A stretch of 64,000 nucleotides of DNA from a bacterium (GCA_021815445.1 JAKAGM010000001.1:3447-67446), one strand, 5' to 3'. Positions 1 to 10,808 are shown, numbered from the stretch's first letter. Made by a program: numbers and translations. The notes: generated from the letters alone by a model not told the origin.

Positions 1-52
1 AAGACATGCAGACTCAGATTTTGTTCAGTTAGCGGATAAGAATCATGCCCGT

Positions 53-718
53 ATGACAAAAAAAGAAAAAATCATACTTCTCATCCTGGTAGGCGTTACG
101 ATTGTCGCGGCAGCTGTGTTCGTAGGAATCTACAAATATAACCTCGGCGGACTCATACATACCGCTCCCGGAAATAGCAACCGGAACACAGCGAGGATGC
201 CACTGCCTGAATCGAGAACAATCACCCCGCAAGACCGCAAGGATCTCGGCTTGGCGGAAGGTATTGACGGGGTGATCAAGTATGCGTATAAACCGGATGG
301 CAGTGTGATGTCGTACGTGGAGATTACCAAAGATACGCGGCCGGCTGATGACGACGGCGACGGTCTCTCCAACGATCTGGAAGCTAAGCTGGGCACCGAC
401 CCGAAGAACCCGGATACTGATCGCGATGGACTGCTTGATGGCGATGAAGTCAGGATCGGTACCAACCCGAAGAAAGTGGATACCGACGGAGATAAAGTGA
501 ACGACGGAACGGAAGTAAAATATTGTCTCGACCCGCTGAAGCTCGATACTCTGGGAAACGGGAAAGGGGATGCGGCGAACCTGAAGGCTCACCCGGAAGG
601 GTTTTGCAGTACGGCCGCGTCGCCTACAAATTCTGCCACGAATAGTGACAGCAACGCCAGGGTATTTATTGAGAACGTCAATTCCACACCGAGCGTTCAA
701 ACTAACTCGGCGCAGTGA
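53..718 (+). CDS. membrane-anchored protein with tandem thrombospondin type-3-like Ca-binding repeats (DxDxDGxxD)
   Basis: N-terminal TM helix (IILLILVGVTIVAAAVFVGIY) followed by repeats DDDGDGLSNDLE / DTDRDGLLDGDE / DTDGDKVNDGTE; first of three tandem paralogs. Confidence 0.6.
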   Translation: MTKKEKIILLILVGVTIVAAAVFVGIYKYNLGGLIHTAPGNSNRNTARMPLPESRTITPQDRKDLGLAEGIDGVIKYAYKPDGSVMSYVEITKDTRPADDDGDGLSNDLEAKLGTDPKNPDTDRDGLLDGDEVRIGTNPKKVDTDGDKVNDGTEVKYCLDPLKLDTLGNGKGDAANLKAHPEGFCSTAASPTNSATNSDSNARVFIENVNSTPSVQTNSAQ

Positions 719-745
719 TGCATAAGTATGCTATACTGATTCATT

Positions 746-1351
746 ATGGCTGACAAAAACAATATCCACCCCGAAGATATATTTGGAGGGCAAGAAAAGC
801 CGGCGCCTCTGGGGGACGTCGTCCAAAGGAGCGCCCGAAGGACAGCAATCGGGACACAACCGCCTCAAAGAGCGCCGTTGTTGCCGCAGGCGGACAACGT
901 ACCGCCAAACAGGAAATTCATTTACCTCGGGGCCGGTGTCGGGATAATCGTGCTCGTCGCGCTTGCGGTATATTATGTTACGGCGAAACCGTTCGCAAAT
1001 AAAAATGCTCCGGCAAATACGAATTCCGCCACGCCGGCCGAGACGACGATCCTGCCCTCGAAAGTTACCCCTCCCGTCAATGTGGCGCAGGCAGATACCG
1101 ACAAGGACGGGCTTACAGACCAAGAGGAGGCTCAGTTGGGCACGGATCCCAAGAATCCTGACACCGATGGCGACGGATTGTCAGATCATGATGAAGTGAA
1201 AATTTATCACACCAACCCTCTGAAAAAAGACACCGACGGTGACGGCGTCAGCGACGGGGATGAGGTGAGGCAAGGCACAAATCCCAACGGCCCCGGACTC
1301 TTACGCGACCTCCAAAAAGGGATACAGGGAATTTCAAACATCGCCCAGTAA
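746..1351 (+). CDS. membrane-anchored protein with TSP3-like Ca-binding repeats (paralog 2)
   Basis: TM helix then DTDKDGLTDQEE / DTDGDGLSDHDE / DTDGDGVSDGDE repeats; same architecture as the 53..718 gene. Confidence 0.6.
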   Translation: MADKNNIHPEDIFGGQEKPAPLGDVVQRSARRTAIGTQPPQRAPLLPQADNVPPNRKFIYLGAGVGIIVLVALAVYYVTAKPFANKNAPANTNSATPAETTILPSKVTPPVNVAQADTDKDGLTDQEEAQLGTDPKNPDTDGDGLSDHDEVKIYHTNPLKKDTDGDGVSDGDEVRQGTNPNGPGLLRDLQKGIQGISNIAQ

Positions 1352-1363
1352 CGCCAAACGAAT

Positions 1364-2494
1364 ATGCCGGATGACACCATGCCCCCGCAAAATAACCAAC
1401 CCGCGTTTCACGCGATGCCTGAGAAGTATTATCTCGGCAAACAGCCAAAGGCAAAATCAAAGCGGCTGCTGGTTACGGTAATCGTGCTGGTAGTCATTGC
1501 GCTCGGGTTAGGAGTCGCGTATTTCTTTACCCGAGGGATGAATAATGGTCGCACAACGAATATAACAGCCAACTCTCTCTCGCCCGTGAATCAGGCAACC
1601 CTTAATCGGAATGCGAATAGGAACATAAATGCTCTGGCGCCGGCAAACGCAAATCTCAATACAAACACTTTGACTTTCCTGAACACCAATAGTACTCAGC
1701 TCAACACCCAGCCGACCAACACCGCGGGGCCTGTTATCAATACTGTGACCAATTCATTGTTTTCCACAAATACGAACACCGCTACGATAACCAACGTCGC
1801 CCGCCTTGCGGATTCGGTAGACACCGACCATGACGGGCTGACTGATGTGGAGGAGCTTCTCTATGGGACAAACAAAAACCTTGCCGATACCGATGGTGAC
1901 GGTTACTCGGATGGTGTCGAAGTCGCCGGAGGCTACAATCCCCGCAGCGCCGGCCTTATCATCTCTACAAATCTGGTAAAAGAATACGTCCATCCCATGT
2001 TCGGTTATAAGATACTCTTCCCGTCGACCTGGATCCAGAATCCGAATCCGCAAACATCGAACGGGGTCATTTTTTCAACGTCTACAGGCGAGTTTGTGGG
2101 AATAGATGTCGAAAATAATACAGCAAAGCTTTCTGCACGAGACTGGTATCTCAAAGCTTCCCCCGGAATAGATTTGCGCTCGGTCACCACTATCCAAAAT
2201 ACTGCGAAAACGCTCGAAGGAGTCCTGAGCCTTGACGGGCAGACGGCATACTATACGGCAGGGGAACGCGCGTATATCATTTCGTACAATACCAATCTTT
2301 TGAGTACGATAAATTTTCGGACGACATTTGAGATGATGTATAAAAGCTTTTCCCTGACTCCCGTAGTCCTCACGAACACAAACTCCGGCGCGAACACGAA
2401 TGCTGGTACTGCAAATACAAACTCAAGCCTCAATTCAAACGCAAATACCAACAGCAGCACGCCGACAAACGTCTCGACCAACACGGGATATTAA
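1364..2494 (+). CDS. membrane-anchored protein with N-rich low-complexity linker and TSP3-like repeats (paralog 3)
   Basis: TM helix, long N/T-rich tract, DTDHDGLTDVEE / DTDGDGYSDGVE repeats, C-terminal globular part. Confidence 0.6.
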   Translation: MPDDTMPPQNNQPAFHAMPEKYYLGKQPKAKSKRLLVTVIVLVVIALGLGVAYFFTRGMNNGRTTNITANSLSPVNQATLNRNANRNINALAPANANLNTNTLTFLNTNSTQLNTQPTNTAGPVINTVTNSLFSTNTNTATITNVARLADSVDTDHDGLTDVEELLYGTNKNLADTDGDGYSDGVEVAGGYNPRSAGLIISTNLVKEYVHPMFGYKILFPSTWIQNPNPQTSNGVIFSTSTGEFVGIDVENNTAKLSARDWYLKASPGIDLRSVTTIQNTAKTLEGVLSLDGQTAYYTAGERAYIISYNTNLLSTINFRTTFEMMYKSFSLTPVVLTNTNSGANTNAGTANTNSSLNSNANTNSSTPTNVSTNTGY

Positions 2495-2507
2495 CGCGAA
2501 AGGCGGT

Positions 2508-2981
2508 ATGCTCGATATAGCGTTTCGCTCAGTACATGGTGTTCGCGGCCCGCGTGAGGCTGTTACCGGAGTGCTGGGATGCGCAGCGCGGGTACCTCTG
2601 GTCAGGAAAAAACTTACACAAAGAACTCAGAACAGTGTCACGGTTATTTTTTGCGGGATATCCACAATTCGCGCATTGAACTTCCGTTATCGCAACGTGC
2701 GGAAACCTACCGATGTTCTGTCATTCTCATACCCGTTTTCGCGCCGAGATTCCCAGCATGGAGATTCAGTATTCCTTGGCGAGATATTTATCTGTGTCCC
2801 GATTGCCCGTCGGCAGGCTCGTGAATACGGACATTCCATGCGCGCGGAGATTGAGTTGTTGGTTGTGCATGGTTTATTACACATTCTTGGCTTTGATCAT
2901 ACCACTCGATCCGGGGCCCGGAAGATGAGGATAATCGAGAATAAAATTCTCCGGCGGACTGTTTCGAGAACCGAACATTAG
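2508..2981 (+). CDS. ybeY: endoribonuclease YbeY (rRNA maturation factor)
   Basis: HGLLHILGFDH zinc-binding motif typical of the YbeY/UPF0054 family; ATG at 2508 is in frame with the longer ORF that starts at 2400. Confidence 0.8.
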   Translation: MLDIAFRSVHGVRGPREAVTGVLGCAARVPLVRKKLTQRTQNSVTVIFCGISTIRALNFRYRNVRKPTDVLSFSYPFSRRDSQHGDSVFLGEIFICVPIARRQAREYGHSMRAEIELLVVHGLLHILGFDHTTRSGARKMRIIENKILRRTVSRTEH

Positions 2982-3042
2982 GCCCAAGGGTTTGGGGAAA
3001 CGGTTTTCCTCGATGCTATGTACGTTTTGATATCATAATCGT

Positions 3043-3402
3043 ATGTTCCAATTCCAAAAACTGATCAAAAGTTTCCGCTACGCGTTTCGCGGTCTTTGGT
3101 ACGTGACAAAGCACGAACAGAGTTTCAGGCTGCACCTTATTGCCGCAGCTGTCGTTGTGTTTCTTATGCTGTATTTTCATATCACCATTAAAGAAGCCGT
3201 CATCCTGTCGCTCGTTATAGCTGCTGTCCTGGTTTTGGAGCTCATTAACACCATTTTTGAGAGCCTCGTTGATATGCTCCAGCCGAGGATTCATCATCTT
3301 GCCGAAGTAATAAAGAATATCATGGCGGCCACTGTCCTCATAGCCTCACTTGGAGCGCTCATTATAGGCATTCTCATCTTCGCTCCGTATGTTTTCCATT
3401 AG
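3043..3402 (+). CDS. dgkA: diacylglycerol kinase / undecaprenol kinase family (DgkA)
   Basis: 119 aa, three TM helices, LELINTIFESLVD motif typical of prokaryotic DAGK. Confidence 0.75.
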   Translation: MFQFQKLIKSFRYAFRGLWYVTKHEQSFRLHLIAAAVVVFLMLYFHITIKEAVILSLVIAAVLVLELINTIFESLVDMLQPRIHHLAEVIKNIMAATVLIASLGALIIGILIFAPYVFH

Positions 3403-3533
3403 TATTCGATCACGAGTATGGCCACTCCGACGCTGAACACAAAATCTGGACACCCGTGCCGCCGTTGCGCGCTTTTGCATATTCATTTATACTGTTAGAT
3501 ATCAACATCTGTGCGTATTAAAGCATTCAGACT

Positions 3534-4784
3534 ATGCCACGAGACGAAATAATTACCGGTCTTGATATCGGTTCGATGACTATCCGGGTAGCAATGGGCC
3601 AGCTCGATCCCACGGGGCAGGGCATCCAGATTCTTGGGGCCTCAGAGGCCCAGGCTGACGGCCTGAGCAAAGGAGCAGTTACGAGCATCGAGGATGCGGT
3701 GTCATCTGTCTCAAAAGCTCTAGAGGATGTCGAGCGCATGACGGGCATCCCCGTCGAGAATGCGTTTGTCGGCATTGGCGGAACGCACATTTCAGCGCAG
3801 GAAAGTCATGGCGTTGTTGCGGTTTCCAAAGCCGACGGTGAGATCAAGGAGGAAGATGTTGAGCGTGTCGTCGAAGCGGCGCAAACCGTGGCGACTCCGC
3901 CGAATTACGAGATACTGCACGTGCTCCCGCGAAGCTTCATCGTCGATAACCAAAAGGGGATCAAGGATCCCATCGGTATGACCGGCATCCGACTTGAAGT
4001 CGATGCGCAGATCATTCAGGGGCTCTCGTCACAGATCAAAAATCTTACCAAGTGTGTTTACCGTACCGGCGTCGATATTAACGATGTAGTCGTCGGCGTA
4101 CTCGCGGCGTCGGAATCTGTACTGACCAAACGCCAAAAGGAGCTCGGTGTGGCGCTCGTAAACCTTGGGGGCTCCACGACGAGCGTTTTGGTTTTTGAGG
4201 AGGGCGACGTCATCCACGCGGCGATCCTGCCTGTCGGCGCGTCACATATCACCAATGACATTGCTATAGGACTGCGTACGTCCATAGATGTCGCTGAAAA
4301 AATAAAGCTCGAATACGGTACGGCAATTCCCGGAGATGTAGCCAAACGCGACGAGATCCGTCTCGAGGATATTAGCCAGCAGGAGACTGGTGTCGTCGAG
4401 CGCAAACACGTTGCCGAAATCATCGAGGCACGCTGTGAAGAGATTTTTAAGCTTATTGAAAAAGAACTTGTGAAGGTCGACAGGTCGGGTCTGCTGCCTG
4501 CAGGGGTGGTCCTCACGGGCGGCGGTGCGAAACTTCCCGGGCTTGTCGACATAGCCAAACGCGAATTCAGGCTCCCGGCTGTCGTCGGATTCCCCCAGAA
4601 CATCGCCCACACTCCTGTCGATAAGATCAATGACCCCGCGTGGTCGACTGCCGTAGGGCTTGTCGTCTGGGGAGCTTCGCTCTCCGCCAAGCACAGCGGA
4701 ACCGGATCGTCTCTTCCCCGGTTTTCTTCCGTTGCAGATGTCACCGGAAAGATGCGGAAGTGGTTCAAATCCCTTATCCCCTAA
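3534..4784 (+). CDS. ftsA: cell division protein FtsA
   Basis: actin-like ATPase fold motifs (GLDIGS...GGGA), 416 aa, immediately upstream of ftsZ. Confidence 0.85.
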   Translation: MPRDEIITGLDIGSMTIRVAMGQLDPTGQGIQILGASEAQADGLSKGAVTSIEDAVSSVSKALEDVERMTGIPVENAFVGIGGTHISAQESHGVVAVSKADGEIKEEDVERVVEAAQTVATPPNYEILHVLPRSFIVDNQKGIKDPIGMTGIRLEVDAQIIQGLSSQIKNLTKCVYRTGVDINDVVVGVLAASESVLTKRQKELGVALVNLGGSTTSVLVFEEGDVIHAAILPVGASHITNDIAIGLRTSIDVAEKIKLEYGTAIPGDVAKRDEIRLEDISQQETGVVERKHVAEIIEARCEEIFKLIEKELVKVDRSGLLPAGVVLTGGGAKLPGLVDIAKREFRLPAVVGFPQNIAHTPVDKINDPAWSTAVGLVVWGASLSAKHSGTGSSLPRFSSVADVTGKMRKWFKSLIP

Positions 4785-4801
4785 AAATCCATACTGCACG
4801 T

Positions 4802-5977
4802 ATGAAAAGTCGTCTTAACGGAGGAACGAATGTGGAAATAAAACCTGACATAGAAACATTTGCCAAAATCAAGGTGATTGGCGTTGGCGGATCCGGTGGC
4901 GCGGCTATCGACCGCATGATTTCAGAAAAAATTCGCGGCGTTGATTTTATCGCCGTTAATACTGATGCGCAGGCGCTCCATCATTCCCGGGCCCCCCATC
5001 GCATCCACATTGGCAAGATGACGACAAAAGGCCTCGGTGCTGGTATGGATCCTGAGGTTGGGGCGAAGGCGGCCGAAGAGAGCAGGGACGAGATCCATGA
5101 GGCGTTAAAGGGCGCTGACATGGTATTTATCACCTGCGGTTTGGGCGGGGGCACGGGCACGGGCGCCGCTCCGGTGATTTCAGATATCGCCAAAGAGGTC
5201 GGCGCGCTGACAGTCGCCGTTGTCACCAAACCGTTCGCTTTCGAAGGCGCCCAGCGCAAGTCGATTGCGGAATCAGGCTATCATGAACTCTCAGACCGCG
5301 TGGACACGATCATCATGATACCCAACGACAGAATCCTCCAGATTGTGGACAAAAAGACATCCTTGCTCGAGGCGTTCGGGACAGTTGACGATGTGCTTCG
5401 CCAGGGTGTGCAGGGGATTTCCGAGCTTATCACTATCCCCGGCCTCATAAACGTTGACTTTGCAGATGTGAAATCAATCATGGAAGGGGCAGGTTCAGCG
5501 CTCATGGGCATCGGCCGCGGGACAGGGGAGAACAGGGCAGTGGAAGCTGCGAAGGCGGCAATTGACAGCCCGTTGCTCGAGCTCTCTATCGACGGCGCAA
5601 AAGGCATTCTCTTTACCGTTACCGGCGGGCCTAACTTGGGCATGTATGAGGTCAACGAAGCGGCCCGCGTTATTACCGGATCCGCAGATCCGAACGCGCG
5701 AGTTATCTTTGGCACGATTATCGACGAGGATATGAAGGATGAAATCAAGATAACAGTCATTGCGGCCGGTTTTGGCGAACGAAGTAAGACGAAACGCATC
5801 ACCCCTCAAGTATCAATGCAGGAACGAAGGCCGGAAATGCCCGCCCCGCAACCCCGACCGGTCCAGTCAACTCCTCGCGTCATGCCTCCTGTCCGGCCTA
5901 AGACTCCAGAGCAGCAAAAGACGGCCCAGGAAGAAGAGCTTGAGATCCCCGCGTTCATACGGAAGAAAATGATGTAA
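4802..5977 (+). CDS. ftsZ: cell division GTPase FtsZ
   Basis: GGGTGTG tubulin signature and [18 protein letters not shown]-terminus; ATG at 4802 is in frame with the longer ORF from 4640; basic/Pro-rich C-terminal tail. Confidence 0.9.
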   Translation: MKSRLNGGTNVEIKPDIETFAKIKVIGVGGSGGAAIDRMISEKIRGVDFIAVNTDAQALHHSRAPHRIHIGKMTTKGLGAGMDPEVGAKAAEESRDEIHEALKGADMVFITCGLGGGTGTGAAPVISDIAKEVGALTVAVVTKPFAFEGAQRKSIAESGYHELSDRVDTIIMIPNDRILQIVDKKTSLLEAFGTVDDVLRQGVQGISELITIPGLINVDFADVKSIMEGAGSALMGIGRGTGENRAVEAAKAAIDSPLLELSIDGAKGILFTVTGGPNLGMYEVNEAARVITGSADPNARVIFGTIIDEDMKDEIKITVIAAGFGERSKTKRITPQVSMQERRPEMPAPQPRPVQSTPRVMPPVRPKTPEQQKTAQEEELEIPAFIRKKMM

Positions 5978-6004
5978 AACCGGAACATTCGACAGCTTTC
6001 ACAC

Positions 6005-6033
6005 ATGCACTCCCAACCCGAGAGTGCATTTTG
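6005..6033 (+). terminator. rho-independent terminator after ftsZ
   Basis: hairpin ATGCACTC-(9 nt)-GAGTGCAT followed by TTTTGG. Confidence 0.6.
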
Positions 6034-6472
6034 GTAAGCCGACTTTTCCACAAGCAAAGGTGGCGCGATGCGTTTGCAGAGGATCTATCGACAGAGTATC
6101 CTTATTTTATGTAAATATTTTACAGAATATTTTTTTTACTTTACGATGTACATTGCTACCTCATCATCCGATATGCATGGGAGGTTGTCGGCACTCTTTG
6201 CTGTCTGCCTGGATGCTCGGACGACGGCGAAGTGCCTTGGCGGTTCATCTGTTTTCTTCATGTTTCTTGATATAGACCGCCGGAACTCTCCAGGCATCCG
6301 CCCGATAATCAGGAGGCAGGTTTTTATCTCTGCAAAATGCCTCTACAGGGTCCTTGAGCTCCCGAAATGCAGTTATCCACAGACTTTTTGTCTTCAGTAA
6401 AGCAGGAATCTTTTTTCCGACACTTATTTCTTCCAAGAGGTTAGCGCAAAAAGTTTAATAGACCCCAAAATG

Positions 6473-6500
6473 TTGACAAATCTATATATAGTAGTATAAT
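6473..6500 (+). promoter_or_regulatory. sigma70-like promoter of nrdR-nrdJ
   Basis: TTGACA (6473-6478), 16-nt spacer, TATAAT (6495-6500), about 40 nt upstream of the nrdR ATG. Confidence 0.5.
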
Positions 6501-6526
6501 GACAGTTAGGGTACTAGATATTGTAC
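6479..6526. promoter_or_regulatory. two NrdR-box-like palindromes (candidate NrdR operator)
   Basis: aatCTATATATAGtag (6479-6494) and gtaCTAGATATTGtac (6511-6526) resemble the NrdR box consensus acaCwAtATaTwGtgt; centres are 32 bp apart, about 3 helical turns. Confidence 0.5.
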
Positions 6527-6538
6527 TAAAATCCGATT

Positions 6539-6988
6539 ATGAATTGCTTATCCTGCGGCAAAGAAGACACGAAGGTCACTGATTCACGGGTAGTAAACGA
6601 TGGAATGGCGATTCGGAGACGTCGAGAATGCCAAAAATGCGGTTTCCGGTTCTCTACCTACGAAGAAGTTGAAATTTTAAATCTTTCAGTGGTCAAAAGG
6701 GACGGGGTCCATGAGCCCTATTCACGCGAGAAGGTTGAGCGCGGACTCAAAAAAGCTCTCGAGAAACGGCCGATAACGCAAGAGAAGTTCCGCATGCTCA
6801 TTGCAAACATTGAGCGGGATATTCAGACCGAGGCGAAATCCGACGAGGTGACCAGCAGCCAGATCGGCGAGATTATCATGCGCCATCTCAAAAAAGCCGA
6901 TAAGGTCGCATATATCAGGTTCGCGTCAGTGTATAAATCTTTTGAGGATATCGATTCTTTTAAACAAGAAATTAAAAAAATCACTTAA
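6539..6988 (+). CDS. nrdR: transcriptional repressor NrdR
   Basis: N-terminal zinc ribbon CLSCGKEDTKVTDSR...CQKCGFRF followed by an ATP-cone; 149 aa. Confidence 0.9.
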   Translation: MNCLSCGKEDTKVTDSRVVNDGMAIRRRRECQKCGFRFSTYEEVEILNLSVVKRDGVHEPYSREKVERGLKKALEKRPITQEKFRMLIANIERDIQTEAKSDEVTSSQIGEIIMRHLKKADKVAYIRFASVYKSFEDIDSFKQEIKKIT

Positions 6989-6999
6989 AAACCATCTTT

Positions 7000-9777
7000 A
7001 TGTCCTCTTCCGACGTATCTCCTACCCAAACAAAGGTTAAGGAGTCGGTGAGTGTGCTGACTCAAGAGCAGACTGCGGGGGCCGCGCACGCACGCGAAGG
7101 ACTCCATATGGATTATTTTTTTTCCCGCAAGGGTGTGCACCCCTATGATGAGATCGAATGGGAACTGCGCGAAGCCAAGATTGTCGGAAGCGACGGGAAA
7201 GTCGTTTTTGAGCAAAAAGATGTTGAATTGCCTAAGACGTGGTCGCAGCTTGCGACGAATGTTGTCGTATCCAAATATTTTCGCGGCAGGCTCGGGAGTC
7301 CCGAGCGCGAAACAAGCGTCAAGCAGATGGTATCGAGGGTAGCCGATACGATTGCCGCATGGGGGAAAGCAGGAGGCTATTTCGCCAGCGACGAGGACGC
7401 GGAGACTTTCCGCATGGAGCTTACGCATCTTCTCGTCTATCAAAAAGCGGCGTTTAACAGTCCCGTGTGGTTTAATGTCGGGGTCAAGGAACATCCGCAA
7501 TGTTCGGCCTGCTTTATCCTCTCCGTCCAGGATTCCATGGAGTCTATTTTAGATTGGATCAGGAAAGAAGGACTCATCTTTAAGGGCGGGTCCGGATCAG
7601 GCGTCAACCTCTCGACGCTCCGGTCATCGCGGGAACAGCTGTCCGGCGGCGGGTACGCGTCCGGTCCGGTCTCGTTCATGCGCGGCGCCGATGCTTCGGC
7701 CGGTTCCATAAAATCCGGCGGCACGACGCGCAGGGCGGCCAAGATGGTTATCCTCAATGTCGACCACCCCGATATCATTGAATTCATACATTGCAAAGAG
7801 GTCGAGGAAAAGAAGGCGTGGGCGCTCGGCGAACAGGGATACGATATGTCGATGAACGGTGAGGCGTGGAAGTCCATCCAATTCCAGAATGCCAACAATT
7901 CAGTGCGCGCGACGGATGAATTCATGCAGGCTGTTGAGAATGACGGTCTCTTTTCTACCCGCTCGGTAGGCAGCCACAACCCCGTAGACCAATACCGTGC
8001 CCGCGACATCCTGCGGCAGATATCCGAGGCGACCTGGGTATGCGGCGATCCCGGTTTGCAGTACGACACTACGATCAATGCGTGGCACACCTGTCCCAAT
8101 ACGGGCAGGATTAACGCCTCGAATCCGTGTTCAGAGTACATGCACCTCGATAATTCAGCGTGCAACCTCTCCTCAATCAACCTGATGAAATTCCTCAAGG
8201 ACGATGATTCTTTCGATGTCGGGGGGTACAAACGGGCGATAGATATCATGATTCTCGCGCAGGAAATACTCGTAGGATTTTCGAGCTATCCGACGGAGGA
8301 AATCTCGCGGAATGCCCATGATTACCGGGAGCTCGGTCTGGGATACGCGAACCTCGGCGCTCTTCTAATGTCATGGGGCCTGCCGTATGATTCAGACGCG
8401 GGCCGCGCGGTGTCTGCGGCTCTCACGGCGTTTCTTACCGGTGAAGCGTATGCGGAATCGGCGCGAGTAGCCGCTGTCGTCGGGCCTTTTGCCGGATACG
8501 AGAAAAATCGCGAGCCCATGCTCAATGTTATCGCAAAACACAAATTTCACCTGGATGATATCAACCGGCACTACGTCCCGGCTGAACTTTTTGCCGCCGC
8601 TGAAACCTCATGGACAGACGCACTGGAGCTTGGCAAGCACAACGGATTCAGAAACTCACAGACGACTGTCCTTGCCCCCACCGGAACGATCAGCTTCCTG
8701 ATGGATTGTGATACGACAGGCATCGAGCCCGACATAGCCCTGGTCAAATACAAGAATCTTGTCGGCGGCGGCGTCATGAAGATTGTCAACCACTCGGTGC
8801 CTCGCGCCCTGCACAGGCTCGGGTACAGCCAGGACCAGGTCGACGCTATCATAAGGTACGTCGACGACAAGGGGACTATCGAAGGAGCTCCGGAACTGAA
8901 AGAGGAACATCTCTCAGTTTTCGACTGCGCGTTCAAACCGGCGAATGGCGTCCGCTTCATCCACTACATGGGCCATATCAGGATGATGGGAGCCGCGCAA
9001 CCGTTTATCTCCGGGGCCATCTCAAAGACGGTAAACCTGCCGAAAGAAGCGACTGTCGATGATATTTCCACTGCGTATACCGAAGGGTGGAAGCAAGGCC
9101 TCAAAGCGCTCGCCATTTATCGCGACGGTTCCAAGCGCACGCAACCGCTCTCGACGGCCGATGATGATACGACCCAAAAGACGCGTGAGACAAAGCAAAA
9201 GTCATTGCGCAGACGGCTGCCGGACGAGCGCAAATCCATCACCCACAAATTCTCCGTCGGCGGCCATGAGGGGTACATCACCGCCGGGCTCTATGACGAC
9301 GGTACGCCCGGAGAAGTGTTCATTACCATGGCGAAAGAAGGCTCGACAATATCGGGGCTCATGGATGCCTTTGCTACCTCAATCTCCATCGGCCTCCAGT
9401 ACGGCGTCCCGCTCAAGACGATGGTCAATAAGTTTTCCCACATGAGGTTCGAGCCCTCAGGATTTACCGGTAACGCTGATATTCCGATAGCAAAGTCGAT
9501 TGTCGATTACATCTTCCGCTGGATGGGCAGGAAATTCCTCCCCCAGGAGGAGCAGGCGGAGGCGACAAAAGAAGCTGTCAAACCGATTGTCGAGAATGGC
9601 AATCATGACAGTGTAAAAGCAGAGACAGCGCCATCTGTTCCGTCCGCGTTCCAGCAAAAGATAACGTTCACCAACCAGGAGGACGCGCCTGCATGCCAGA
9701 CCTGCGGATCAATCATGGTCCGCAACGCGGCCTGCTACAAATGCACCAACTGCGGCGCTACAAGCGGGTGCAGCTAA
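7000..9777 (+). CDS. nrdJ: ribonucleoside-diphosphate/triphosphate reductase, class II (adenosylcobalamin-dependent, NrdJ-like)
   Basis: 925 aa; ASGPVSFMRGADAS...NVDHPDIIEFI and the NPCSEY active-site region match monomeric class II RNRs; C-terminal CxxC...CxxC; no NrdB partner in the window; nrdR lies 12 bp upstream. Confidence 0.85.
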   Translation: MSSSDVSPTQTKVKESVSVLTQEQTAGAAHAREGLHMDYFFSRKGVHPYDEIEWELREAKIVGSDGKVVFEQKDVELPKTWSQLATNVVVSKYFRGRLGSPERETSVKQMVSRVADTIAAWGKAGGYFASDEDAETFRMELTHLLVYQKAAFNSPVWFNVGVKEHPQCSACFILSVQDSMESILDWIRKEGLIFKGGSGSGVNLSTLRSSREQLSGGGYASGPVSFMRGADASAGSIKSGGTTRRAAKMVILNVDHPDIIEFIHCKEVEEKKAWALGEQGYDMSMNGEAWKSIQFQNANNSVRATDEFMQAVENDGLFSTRSVGSHNPVDQYRARDILRQISEATWVCGDPGLQYDTTINAWHTCPNTGRINASNPCSEYMHLDNSACNLSSINLMKFLKDDDSFDVGGYKRAIDIMILAQEILVGFSSYPTEEISRNAHDYRELGLGYANLGALLMSWGLPYDSDAGRAVSAALTAFLTGEAYAESARVAAVVGPFAGYEKNREPMLNVIAKHKFHLDDINRHYVPAELFAAAETSWTDALELGKHNGFRNSQTTVLAPTGTISFLMDCDTTGIEPDIALVKYKNLVGGGVMKIVNHSVPRALHRLGYSQDQVDAIIRYVDDKGTIEGAPELKEEHLSVFDCAFKPANGVRFIHYMGHIRMMGAAQPFISGAISKTVNLPKEATVDDISTAYTEGWKQGLKALAIYRDGSKRTQPLSTADDDTTQKTRETKQKSLRRRLPDERKSITHKFSVGGHEGYITAGLYDDGTPGEVFITMAKEGSTISGLMDAFATSISIGLQYGVPLKTMVNKFSHMRFEPSGFTGNADIPIAKSIVDYIFRWMGRKFLPQEEQAEATKEAVKPIVENGNHDSVKAETAPSVPSAFQQKITFTNQEDAPACQTCGSIMVRNAACYKCTNCGATSGCS

Positions 9778-9926
9778 AAGCCGGATTAAAGGCGTAGTGG
9801 CAGACCTGCCCGCCGTATGAGACTACGGCAAGCGGGGCTTGCTCTGCGGCATGATTTTAAGAAACAATCCCAAAAAGCCCCGGAAGCAGTCACGCATCGG
9901 GACTTTTTGAATCATCCGGCGAAATA

Positions 9927-10073
9927 TTATACTTCTTCCGCTGGAGCCGCTTTATCCGACCTGAGTTTATTGAGTTCGCTGCGCATTTTTGCGAGCGATT
10001 CCATCAGTCCCTCGAGGCCGAGATCAACATCTGCGGCTCTGAGGTTTGACAGATGATCCTTGAGTTCTTCCAT
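9927..10073 (-). CDS. possible small coiled-coil protein (48 aa)
   Basis: ATG...TAA ORF MEELKDHLSNLRAADVDLGLEGLMESLAKMRSELNKLRSDKAAPAEEV in the otherwise non-coding nrdJ to HD-gene spacer; no clear SD. Confidence 0.2.
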   Translation of the reverse strand: MEELKDHLSNLRAADVDLGLEGLMESLAKMRSELNKLRSDKAAPAEEV

Positions 10074-10208
10074 ATTTTTCGGTGTTTTTTACCTGTGAAT
10101 TAAACAGGCCAGTGTAGCAGAAATTGAAGTATTGTCAAGGGCCGCCTTTGCATTTACCGCCCGGGTGCAGTATCCTGAATCTTACCGGGCATTAAACGCA
10201 CGATACCT

Positions 10209-10808
10209 ATGACTTTCAACCAGCGCGACATAGAATTTCTCTACGAAATCGGCTCCCTGCGCAATGTGCAGAGGGGCTGGCGCCAGCATTTGGCAAAAGA
10301 CTGCGCCAACGACCTCGAGCATACGTACCGCGTCATATGGATAGCCCTCATGCTCGCGAGGAAAGAAGGGGTGACGGACGAGAACAAAGTTATTAAGATG
10401 GCGCTGGTGCATGACCTGGCCGAGGCGCGGACCTCTGACTTGAGCTATGTGCAGAAAGTGTACGTGAAAGCCGACGAAGACAAGGCGGCGCACGACACGT
10501 TCGACGGGACGAGCGTAAATGATTTTTACTCCGAGATACTGAGTGAGTTTGAAAAACGAGACTCATTAGAAGCAAAAATAGTCAAAGATGCCGACAATCT
10601 TGATGCGCAGATTGAGCTGAAAGAGCTTGAGGAAACCGGCTCGAAGATTGCCACGAAATGGATGGCCACTTTTCGCAAACTAGTCAGAAAGGAAAAACTC
10701 TACACCCGGGCGGCCAAAGACCTCTGGGATGCTCTCGACGAAGCTGATGTCGCTGACTGGCACATGAAGGCCAATAAATGGCTCAAGATCCCCGGCGCTG
10801 GCAAGTAA
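10209..10808 (+). CDS. HD-domain phosphohydrolase (YfbR-like 5'-deoxynucleotidase family)
   Basis: H...HD...D metal-binding pattern (LEHTYRVIWIAL...VHDLAEARTSD). Confidence 0.7.
   Translation: MTFNQRDIEFLYEIGSLRNVQRGWRQHLAKDCANDLEHTYRVIWIALMLARKEGVTDENKVIKMALVHDLAEARTSDLSYVQKVYVKADEDKAAHDTFDGTSVNDFYSEILSEFEKRDSLEAKIVKDADNLDAQIELKELEETGSKIATKWMATFRKLVRKEKLYTRAAKDLWDALDEADVADWHMKANKWLKIPGAGK

Noticed and set aside
2400-2507. Start of ybeY at 2400 (193-aa ORF)
   Set aside because: It overlaps the upstream gene by 95 bp. The ATG at 2508 gives a typical-length YbeY.
4058-4768. Long antisense ORFs inside ftsA, ftsZ, nrdJ, glnA, ileS and other genes (e.g. 4058..4768 -, 5281..5802 -, 7440..8249 -, 58725..59597 -)
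   Set aside because: They overlap genes with unambiguous family motifs on the opposite strand. Their translations are low-complexity S/P/R/A-rich, as expected for antisense frames in GC-balanced DNA.
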